This document shows, piece by piece, positions 56,751 to 64,000 of a stretch of 64,000 nt of DNA; the stretch's first letter is position 1; each line of letters opens with the position of its first letter. The stretch covers positions 18,484-82,483 of the forward strand of contig VMTK01000005.1 in NCBI GenBank assembly GCA_013791585.1, read 5' to 3'. The translations under genes were made by a program, and so were the position numbers. The notes below the pieces were generated by a model. That model was not told the DNA's origin. It searched no databases and worked only from the letters and a program-made list of their open reading frames with translations. This DNA is from Candidatus Falkowbacteria bacterium. Its GTDB lineage: Bacteria; Patescibacteriota; Patescibacteriia; Patescibacteriales; VMTK01.

Positions 56751-56916
56751 TATAAAACTAATGCTCTTGCTCGGTTATAAATAATACTGCGCAGCTGTAT
56801 GCTGTCAACAAAAGGAGCTTTAATCACTTTTACTTTAACACTGTGATTTTTATTTTCGCGCGTTGTTTCGCATTTAATTTTTCTTGTCATAGTTTTATTT
56901 TTTATTTGAATAATGT

Positions 56917-57285
56917 TTATTTCATCCATTCATTATCTTGAAAATCATCACTTTTTTTAATAACCGGGTTAAATAAATCATTTATACTATTGCCGGGCGC
57001 GCAAAAACTTATGCTTCCGCGGCACGATTCCGCCATTGCTTTAAAACCTTGAGGACACCCGCTGCTTGGCTCGGCTTTGAAATTATGCTCCGCCATATCT
57101 TTAATACTGCTTATGCAACAATTGCCTATCACCAATGAATTTATTAAACCGCATTCTCGCGCTAAACTTTTATAATAGTTAGATAGATTATATACTTTAA
57201 CCTCTCTGATAGCATAAAGGCACCCAATCAAAATTATTAATGAAATAAAAAATATTAATATAATTTTTAAAAATTTATTTTTCAT
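56917..57285 (-). CDS. Small membrane-anchored Cys-rich protein, hypothetical
   Basis: 122 aa with an N-terminal TM segment, between mraZ and rsmH. Confidence 0.4.
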   Translation of the reverse strand: MKNKFLKIILIFFISLIILIGCLYAIREVKVYNLSNYYKSLARECGLINSLVIGNCCISSIKDMAEHNFKAEPSSGCPQGFKAMAESCRGSISFCAPGNSINDLFNPVIKKSDDFQDNEWMK

Positions 57286-57299
57286 AAAATCTAAAATTC

Positions 57300-57731
57300 C
57301 TAAACGCCAAGCTCTCCCAGCGCTTCGGCGATCGCGCCGCTCTTTTTTTCAGTACCCATCTTATATTTATTCCATTTATTTTCATCCCAAATTTCCAAAC
57401 GCTTGTAAAGCCCGGCAATAACCACTTTCTTTTTTAAATAGCCGAATTTCCTTAAATACTCCGGCAGCATAATCCTGCCCTGCTTGTCAAAATCCACTTC
57501 CATAGCTCCTGCCAGCATTAATCTGGCAAAAGCGCGGTCATTTGCTTTATTTACCGGCAAACTGGATATTTTTTGCGCTAATTCTTCCCACTCTTTTTTA
57601 GAATATAAAAAAAGGCAGTCATCCAATCCCTTGGTAACAACCGCCCCGCTTTTCAAAATCGCGCGAAATTTAGCCGGCACTGCCAGCCGCCCCTTGCTAT
57701 CCAAATTGTGCTTGTATTCGCCGATGAACAT
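57300..57731 (-). CDS. mraZ: Transcriptional regulator MraZ
   Basis: MFIGEYKHNLDSKGRLAVPAKFR plus a second MraZ repeat (KQGRIMLPEYLRKF). Confidence 0.9.
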   Translation of the reverse strand: MFIGEYKHNLDSKGRLAVPAKFRAILKSGAVVTKGLDDCLFLYSKKEWEELAQKISSLPVNKANDRAFARLMLAGAMEVDFDKQGRIMLPEYLRKFGYLKKKVVIAGLYKRLEIWDENKWNKYKMGTEKKSGAIAEALGELGV

Positions 57732-58258
57732 TTTTAAAATAATAAAATAATAAAATAATAAATTTTATGATGATTCATTTTGCATTTTTAATTTTGAACT
57801 GCTTAAGACCCAGGAGAAGCTTGACTGACTAAAAAATGTCTATCAAGCCCCTTCTTTACCTTAACCCCGCACCTTTTAAATGATTTACAGATTATAATTT
57901 TAATCAAATTGTTAGAAATTTCTTAATAAAATAAAAGTAAAGTTAACCGCAGAATAAACATTAAAATTTTTATCATTTAAAAGGTGCGGGGTTAATTATT
58001 AAAATTCGCTCCTGATTTTGGCCCATGAAGCATAGGCCATTCTCTGCGCCGATTTTACATCGGACTTTTTTGGGTTAGCGCGCAAAGTCTGGGCTAACCT
58101 GAATAATTTTTATTTTTATTTTAATATTTCTTATTTCTTGCCTTCACCACCATTCCCCACTTTTCACCAATCTTATTTAATCATACACCATTTTTACGCT
58201 GAAGTCAACCACTATGCGACACTTAACGATTGGCTAATGTAAGCTGAATTATGCAATA

Positions 58259-58292
58259 AAAAAGACCGCCTGTTAATAAGCGGGGTTTTTTC
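58259..58292. terminator. Candidate bidirectional terminator (A-run, weak hairpin, T-run)
   Basis: aaaaaagaccgcctgttaataagcggggtttttt. Confidence 0.35.
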
Positions 58293-58493
58293 AAAACAAT
58301 ATTAAAGCGGGAAATAGCAATTAATCCCGGGACTTGTCAACATTTAATCCACAACTGTTGCTTTTAAAAATTATATAACTAATAGCATATAACTTATAAC
58401 TCACATTAATCGCATCAAAATAATGTTATTAGTTATATGTTATAAGTTATTGGCTTAATAGTGTTATATTCGGTTCTTTGCAATAAATCGGCT

Positions 58494-58835
58494 CTACAAT
58501 GTTAAATCTTTTCTTTTTAACGGCAACCTTCCGACATCCGACATCCGACATCCGATCACCGGTACTCCCAGCGCATAACCAAGCGCGTTAGCCGTAACCA
58601 CGCCTATCCTTAACGCGGTAAAACTTGTTTTATCAGTTCCTTTGTTAACGACTTGAATTTTTTCTATATTGCTTAATTCAAGATTATTCTTATCTAATAT
58701 CTTTTTAATTTCCGGCAATAATTTCTCAGCTTGCCTGTATTTGGCGCTGAATTTCTTTTTTGCCAATATATTTTCGCCTTTTTTTACAACGATTTCAATA
58801 TTATGGCCTTGAGTTGTGTCTATATATAATGTCAT
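58494..58835 (-). CDS. tsaB: TsaB (YeaZ)-like N-terminal domain protein, apparently truncated by a heptamer array
   Basis: MTLYIDTTQGHNIEIVV...TSFTALRIGVVTANALGYALGVPVIG matches the TsaB N-terminus. The ORF ends within the CGGATGT-type repeat (RMSDVGRLP...), with no C-terminal half downstream. Confidence 0.5.
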   Translation of the reverse strand: MTLYIDTTQGHNIEIVVKKGENILAKKKFSAKYRQAEKLLPEIKKILDKNNLELSNIEKIQVVNKGTDKTSFTALRIGVVTANALGYALGVPVIGCRMSDVGRLPLKRKDLTL

Positions 58836-59128
58836 AATATTAGTTTACATTATTAAAAAATATTTGCAAGTTAGGCCTAAAAACCATGATAAACATAAAA
58901 TTCCCGCGGTATAAAAATGAAAAATAAATATAATTTAGCTAATTTCAGCTAAAAAATACTTCTTTCTATTGACAAATACGAAAATTGTGTTAAGTTAAAA
59001 CAATTATGCCTGTACGTACGGGCATATTGCTGTTTGAAAATAAAATAACAAAGGGAGGTGAGACTTTAAAAAACAGAGGCAAAGGTATAGTAAAAAAACA
59101 AAAAACCGAAAAAAGAAAGGGAAAAATC

Positions 59129-59743
59129 ATGAAAGAAAAATTGTTTACTTTTGTTGTTTTTATTGTAATGGCGCTATTTGGCGCGTTGCCAATTTACGCA
59201 TGCGATGATTGCGAAACTATTATGACAGTGGGAGAGGCATGCTTAGACGCAGACCAATACCAGAGCCATTTATACGAAGAGCTTGGCACGAACCATACTA
59301 CCATGTATGGATCAGGCACACAAAGCATTGTAGGCTCCGGGCTTGGAGATTCTGTTACATTCGTAGAGGTTGAAGCTGAATTGCTCCAATACGAGCCATA
59401 CTCTCAGACCGAAACATTGCCGCTCGGCCAGATTACATACGAAGGCGAATCGCAAATGCATATTTACGGTATGGCCAACACAGATGAATTGTGCCAGGAG
59501 TTAAGCATGAATATCCAAAACGACCGCAATTTTTCCATGGAAAATTCCATGAACGCGGAAGAAATGGATTCAAACATGCACCTTGACGCCAGTCTGTCTA
59601 TGGATGTTACAGGCGCTACCGGAACAACTGGCGCTGCCGGCTTAAACGAGCAGATTCATAGTTACGTTTTTGAGCGCGATGACGGAGCATGGCAGCAGGG
59701 CATAGCAAGAACAAAGATTTATTCAGGCGCATTCCCTGAATAA
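59129..59743 (+). CDS. Secreted hypothetical protein
   Basis: Signal peptide MKEKLFTFVVFIVMALFGALPIYA. The longest ORF starts at 59006 inside a palindrome (atgcctgtacgtacgggcat), so I prefer the internal start. Confidence 0.5.
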   Translation: MKEKLFTFVVFIVMALFGALPIYACDDCETIMTVGEACLDADQYQSHLYEELGTNHTTMYGSGTQSIVGSGLGDSVTFVEVEAELLQYEPYSQTETLPLGQITYEGESQMHIYGMANTDELCQELSMNIQNDRNFSMENSMNAEEMDSNMHLDASLSMDVTGATGTTGAAGLNEQIHSYVFERDDGAWQQGIARTKIYSGAFPE

Positions 59744-59814
59744 TTCCTGAATAACCTATTAACTCCGAGGGGGAGATTTCCCTCTTTGGGTCTCCCCCAG
59801 AAAGGAGGATGAAT

Positions 59815-60945
59815 ATGAAAAAAATATTTTTCGTACTTGTAACGATTTTATTTTTTACGGTTGCTCAAAACGGTTTCGCTGGAACAAGCACTAATACTGA
59901 AACTGAAGTTGATGTTGATTCATACCAAGGCCAAGGCCAAGTACAAAGTCAAATTGGCGGCACGCAGAGCATTGTATTTAACAGCGAAGCTGCGGATGAA
60001 GTATCGTATGAATACCTGTCCAACCTTCAGCCAGCAAGCATGAATCTATATACTCCTTACGCGCCGCCTGTTTTCTTAAATGAAAACAGAAAACAACTGC
60101 CGGGGCTTCGAGTATATAGATATGATGAATTAGATCATGATTTTGATGAATTAATGAAAAAATTCAAAAAAGACAAAATTCGAATCCAATATACTGAAAA
60201 GTATAAAACATTACCAAAAAATCCTGACCCAGTCTTGACAGCACCACAGATGCCTGTCGGAAGCAATGATGTTCGGCTTATGGCAATCATAGGCGAACCG
60301 CCTGCTAATTCACTGGCTGAAGAAGTAGCCAGAAGAATTGTTTCACTCGCAAAAATAATCACGCAAACCAGGCGGATATACCTTGAAGCTGAAGTAGAAG
60401 TTTTTACGAACTCGGTTTCAACCGCAGGGGGAGCTTCGCCGGCAATATCATCAGCCCAGAAGATCACCCAGTCATTGGCAGCAGTAATTTCAATGATAAA
60501 AGCTGAAACAGGCACAAGAGCATTTAAGATCAGCAAAATAATTGTCTATTGTTATAATGACGGTCCTGCGCCTGCTCTAAAGATAAAGCCCAAACAAGCC
60601 AATATTAAAGAACTTATCTTTTTTAACGCGAATGGGATAAATCCTGATGGCGCCGCTCTGAATCTTAATAAAAAATTATTGGCGGAAAAATTAAATTTTC
60701 TGGTTGCCAATAACTATAAGATTAGATTTTTGGGCGTAGGTTCTGCCGAAGAAAATGGCTTAACCGAAGAAATGGCTAAAAATGTCATGGAAGAAGTTGG
60801 GCTTAGCTTGTCTGAAGCAGAATTGAATTTGGTATTGGATAACAAATTATTTCAATATCAAGCGAAAACAGCCGGTAATCAGGATATTGAATTGATGAAT
60901 AAATACAACTCAAAAGGTTATGTTGTTTTACAAGCAGTAAAATAA
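59815..60945 (+). CDS. Secreted hypothetical protein
   Basis: SD AAGGAGG sits 6 nt upstream of the ATG at 59815. Signal peptide MKKIFFVLVTILFFTVAQNGFA. Confidence 0.55.
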   Translation: MKKIFFVLVTILFFTVAQNGFAGTSTNTETEVDVDSYQGQGQVQSQIGGTQSIVFNSEAADEVSYEYLSNLQPASMNLYTPYAPPVFLNENRKQLPGLRVYRYDELDHDFDELMKKFKKDKIRIQYTEKYKTLPKNPDPVLTAPQMPVGSNDVRLMAIIGEPPANSLAEEVARRIVSLAKIITQTRRIYLEAEVEVFTNSVSTAGGASPAISSAQKITQSLAAVISMIKAETGTRAFKISKIIVYCYNDGPAPALKIKPKQANIKELIFFNANGINPDGAALNLNKKLLAEKLNFLVANNYKIRFLGVGSAEENGLTEEMAKNVMEEVGLSLSEAELNLVLDNKLFQYQAKTAGNQDIELMNKYNSKGYVVLQAVK

Positions 60946-60962
60946 TAAAGGAGGATGATGCT

Positions 60963-61742
60963 ATGAAAAAACCGCAAAAAATTATTATTGTTATTAGCGC
61001 AATGTTGATTTTTCTGGTAACAGGATGCGCCGCAATACCAAGACAAACCGGCCTTAATCAGCCAGTGCCAAGGCCGGAGAACGCAACGTTTCTGCAAGAA
61101 CCTCAAAGCAATAACCAGCTTAACGAAATAAAAAGCGGGCAAGAAAAAACAAATACTTTATTGGAAAGATTGGTTCTTGCTATGGAGAACAAAACAACGG
61201 CTCCTATCCAAGTTCCAGCCGGAGCAGTAAAAACAGCAACTGCCGCTGATTTTAACAGAAAAGCAAAAATCATAGAAACGAGAGGCCCGACCGCGAAAGT
61301 TGAAAAGTCAGAATCCAAACGCTTAAAAGCGTTGGAATTAAAAGTCAAAGAGCTCAGCGATGCCGCGACATTGCATGGCGTTGCGTTGCTTGGAGAAAGC
61401 GGAAAATATACAATCTTCCGTATCCATAGCTTTGCCGCGGGAAATTCATCCTTAAAACACGACGACATGGAAAAACAGATTAATAATCTTATACTGCGCG
61501 TTGCCGAAAACAATTTGAAATACTTGAGAGTCGTCGGCTACACAAACGCCGACGGAAACAAAGATAATGATGAATTGTCCGGCAAAAGGGCAATAGCAGT
61601 TCTTGAACATATAACAATGTACCGGCCAGAAGATATTAAAGGCATTAAGCCGGAAAAGGGAGGCGAAACAAAAAACTTTGGCATAGCAGAAGAAAATCGC
61701 TGTGTCATCGTAATATGCGAAGAAAAACCAAAAACGCCCTAA
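60963..61742 (+). CDS. OmpA-like (peptidoglycan-binding) lipoprotein
   Basis: SD AAGGAGG, lipobox LVTGCAA, and a C-terminal OmpA-C-like motif VVGYTNADGNKDNDELSGKRAIAV. Confidence 0.6.
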   Translation: MKKPQKIIIVISAMLIFLVTGCAAIPRQTGLNQPVPRPENATFLQEPQSNNQLNEIKSGQEKTNTLLERLVLAMENKTTAPIQVPAGAVKTATAADFNRKAKIIETRGPTAKVEKSESKRLKALELKVKELSDAATLHGVALLGESGKYTIFRIHSFAAGNSSLKHDDMEKQINNLILRVAENNLKYLRVVGYTNADGNKDNDELSGKRAIAVLEHITMYRPEDIKGIKPEKGGETKNFGIAEENRCVIVICEEKPKTP

Positions 61743-61768
61743 CAAAGGGCGCTATTTCACAAACAATA

Positions 61769-61815
61769 ATCCCTAAACAGTAAATTCATTTGCTATTTAG
61801 GGATTTTTTATTTTA
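61769..61815 (+). terminator. Rho-independent terminator between convergent genes
   Basis: atccctaaa-(loop)-tttagggat followed by ttttttatttt. Confidence 0.6.
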
Positions 61816-64000
61816 TTTCTTTTTTCAAATCTATAACATTTTTTCTGTCTACGCCATATTTTTCTAATAAATCATCATGAGCTTTAACAACTGGCTCCTC
61901 CGCAATATCTTCTGCTTCCACCCCCAATTCCTCTTTAACGCTACTAAGCCCGTTTTCACTTAAATTTGTATTAAACTTTTTTTCAAAAACAGCTTGTCTT
62001 TGCAAAAACGGCTTTTTAATTTCTATGCTCCCCTCTTGTCCATTATTTAAAATGCTAATCTCTTTGCCGTCCGCTAATTCAGCGATTGCCCTTCCGTTTT
62101 TGCCAAAACTTACTTTCTCCACATCCGCTCCGCCTAATAATTTTTTCATATTGGAAAGCGCCTCATCGCCCGCCAAGACTTTGCCGTAAAAAATATTATT
62201 TTTAATATCAAGATTACTAACAGCCATTTTCTCGGCTAAAGCGCCATAACCTATTCCGCTATTCATTTTTATATCCGTTATTAATTTAAAATCCGCTTCC
62301 GAATTATTAAACAAATACTGGGCTTGCTCCGGGGTTTTAAATAATTCTTGATGCTCTGCTAAAAATTGTAATTTAGATTTTTCGCCCGCGTCTATTCCAT
62401 CTTTAAAATTAACGCCTGTCAGTCGCGCGATTTCTTGAAATTTTTCCTGAGTTATATCTTCCTTGGCGCCAAAAATATCCTCTACTCCTGTTTTTGCCGT
62501 TTTTATAGCTTCTTCCGGCGCGATTATTGCCGCCTCTGCCGTCTGATCTGCCACCGCTTCTTTTGCTTCTTCCATGGCTTCACTTATTACTTCTTTAGAT
62601 GTTTGCCCTTCAGCTAACTCTGAAATGTTTCCGGAAAATCCTTTACCGCCAGCTTCACCGCTGAAATTACCCTGATTATCAATCGTTACTTCTGCGCCTT
62701 CAATCTGAGTATTAAAACTTCTCATATCTAAATGCTCGCTATCACCTGCGAATTTAACCTCGTCAGGATTAAAGCCATGCTTGGCGCCTTCTGCGTCAGC
62801 CCAGTTCTCGCGCAATTGCAATTCGCTTACTATTTTAGCGTCTTCAATCCCCTCTCCCTTTAGCACATCCCAGCTGCCGTCTGATTTTAATCTGACTGTA
62901 TTGCCTTCATGAACCAAATTTTTCACATCAAGCTCATCCCCTGTTTTTATATTGGCTATTGATAATTTACGCGCTGCTTGGCTTAAAAATTTTCCTCTGT
63001 TTTCATCATCTAATTTTACGCCGGCTCCTAAAACTTTATGTATAAAATTGTCTTGTGTTTTACTGTCCGCTTGCTTGGCCGCCTCATAAATCGCCTCGGA
63101 AAAAGTATCAATTTTGCCTTTGATTTCAATATCTATGTTTTTTACCGCTGCTTCTTGCTCGGCAACTTTAGCCGCAATATTATTCAATGCCTCTTGTTCC
63201 GCCGCGGCTGCTGCTTCCGGTTGATTGGCCGCAACTTCTAATTTTTGTTTGAATTCAGTATTAAATGGATCGGTTTTTCCGGATGGATCATAAGGAGGAC
63301 TATCCGCAATCGGTTCTGCCGGTTTGTTTATTTTAAAACTCTGAACTTCTTTCGACTTGTCTTTAACCGATTCTTCTATTTTAGAGCTTACAACTCCTCT
63401 ATGCCCTCCCCACCATCCTAATTCTTCGCCAAAATGCCTTATTGCATAACCAGCAGTGGCAAAACCGGCAGATATAATCGCGCCTCTAATCATTTGATTG
63501 CGTAAATATTTCTTTTGCGCTTTAGATGTTTTTTTATCTTGCTTTTTTAAAAATTCGCTTATAATTTCAATGTCCTTTTGGTATTTCTTATTATTAATCC
63601 CATTATATTCAACCTGCGCCGCGCCCTCTGAAATCTTTTCTGCTAATTCATATTGATTGAATAATCTATCTTTATTTTTACCAAAATTCATTGTTCCATC
63701 TTTAATTTTATTTTGTGCATCTTCAATGTGGAATTTTAAAGACCTGATTACTTCATCCTTTTTATCCGCATCCAAGGATTTTTTTTCCAATTCATTAATT
63801 AAAAAATCAATAGATTCATGAATATATTCAGCGTCAGCAAAATCCTTAGCTTCTTTGCTTTTATCTTCTATCCCCTTTCTAGCTAAAACATTTCTTTCTC
63901 TTAATGTTTCCTTGCCTCTTTTTCTAGCTAAAAAACCGCCCATGCCGGCCGCGGCTAATGGCGCTCCAACAAAACCAATTAAACTTATAGTCGCTGTCCT
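61808..64000 (-). CDS. Large membrane-anchored coiled-coil protein, hypothetical (5'-partial; the frame stays open to the window end)
   Basis: 711-aa ORF with no in-frame stop upstream, giving a hydrophobic stretch ...TATISLIGFVGAPLAAAG before the annotated Met. Confidence 0.5.
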   Translation of the reverse strand, partial: RTATISLIGFVGAPLAAAGMGGFLARKRGKETLRERNVLARKGIEDKSKEAKDFADAEYIHESIDFLINELEKKSLDADKKDEVIRSLKFHIEDAQNKIKDGTMNFGKNKDRLFNQYELAEKISEGAAQVEYNGINNKKYQKDIEIISEFLKKQDKKTSKAQKKYLRNQMIRGAIISAGFATAGYAIRHFGEELGWWGGHRGVVSSKIEESVKDKSKEVQSFKINKPAEPIADSPPYDPSGKTDPFNTEFKQKLEVAANQPEAAAAAEQEALNNIAAKVAEQEAAVKNIDIEIKGKIDTFSEAIYEAAKQADSKTQDNFIHKVLGAGVKLDDENRGKFLSQAARKLSIANIKTGDELDVKNLVHEGNTVRLKSDGSWDVLKGEGIEDAKIVSELQLRENWADAEGAKHGFNPDEVKFAGDSEHLDMRSFNTQIEGAEVTIDNQGNFSGEAGGKGFSGNISELAEGQTSKEVISEAMEEAKEAVADQTAEAAIIAPEEAIKTAKTGVEDIFGAKEDITQEKFQEIARLTGVNFKDGIDAGEKSKLQFLAEHQELFKTPEQAQYLFNNSEADFKLITDIKMNSGIGYGALAEKMAVSNLDIKNNIFYGKVLAGDEALSNMKKLLGGADVEKVSFGKNGRAIAELADGKEISILNNGQEGSIEIKKPFLQRQAVFEKKFNTNLSENGLSSVKEELGVEAEDIAEEPVVKAHDDLLEKYGVDRKNVIDLKKEIK

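Noticed and set aside
57732-58493. Housekeeping ncRNAs (RNase P RNA, SRP RNA, tmRNA, 6S) in the long non-coding region
   Set aside because: I could not find the conserved motifs by eye. None of the P4-like AGGAAAGTCCGG, the SRP domain IV GGAAGCAGCCAAGG-type motif, or a tmRNA tRNA-like end occurs here.

Overview
This is an AT-rich window in which nearly every gene is on the minus strand. The gene style is small proteins, ribosomal proteins with K/E-rich extensions, an RpoA with no alpha-CTD, a fermentative glycolysis set, PilT, and very repeat-rich intergenic DNA. I infer from this a reduced-genome Patescibacteria (CPR)-like bacterium; that is not proven.

Core genes, left to right, all minus strand: lepA (partial), murJ, ackA, two tandem gpmI paralogs, eno, pgk, pilT, a Wzx-like flippase, rpsI-rplM, the alpha operon infA-rpmJ-rpsM-rpsK-rpsD-rpoA-rplQ, alaS, an Slt-domain transglycosylase, mnmA, ppiB, cca and the dcw cluster mraZ-rsmH-ftsL-ftsI-murF. 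A plus-strand operon of secreted proteins and an OmpA-like lipoprotein sits at the right end. RNA genes are tRNA-Pro(CGG), tRNA-Ala(CGC), and a tRNA(UUC)-like gene whose two halves are separated by a 149-nt hairpin-flanked insert that contains the complete tRNA-Ala.

The accessory content is an ~11-kb tRNA-Pro-proximal island (about 35.6-46.9 kb), flanked by direct copies of a GC-rich structured repeat. It carries one contiguous minus-strand operon: XRE HTH, a PD-(D/E)xK nuclease, a Type II REase-like gene, a Dam-like N6A methyltransferase, an unknown 387-aa protein, a NurA-like nuclease, a 52-codon ORF and a HerA-like ATPase. Downstream are a trypsin-like protease, an HExxH protein and small Cys-rich proteins. 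This is the best candidate for an undescribed defence system. A second 3-gene cassette (32.6-36.1 kb) is bracketed by inverted copies of the same GC-rich element.

The repeat landscape is unusual. GC-rich palindromic elements are inserted in frame into lepA, gpmI, eno, mnmA and cca, and 7-nt and 8-nt tandem arrays sit both between genes and in frame inside pgk, mnmA, cca, rsmH, alaS and a tsaB-like gene. There are also twin-hairpin elements and GC-rich elements with compensatory stem changes, MITE-like nested palindromes and several long hairpins. I found no CRISPR array and no rRNA genes.
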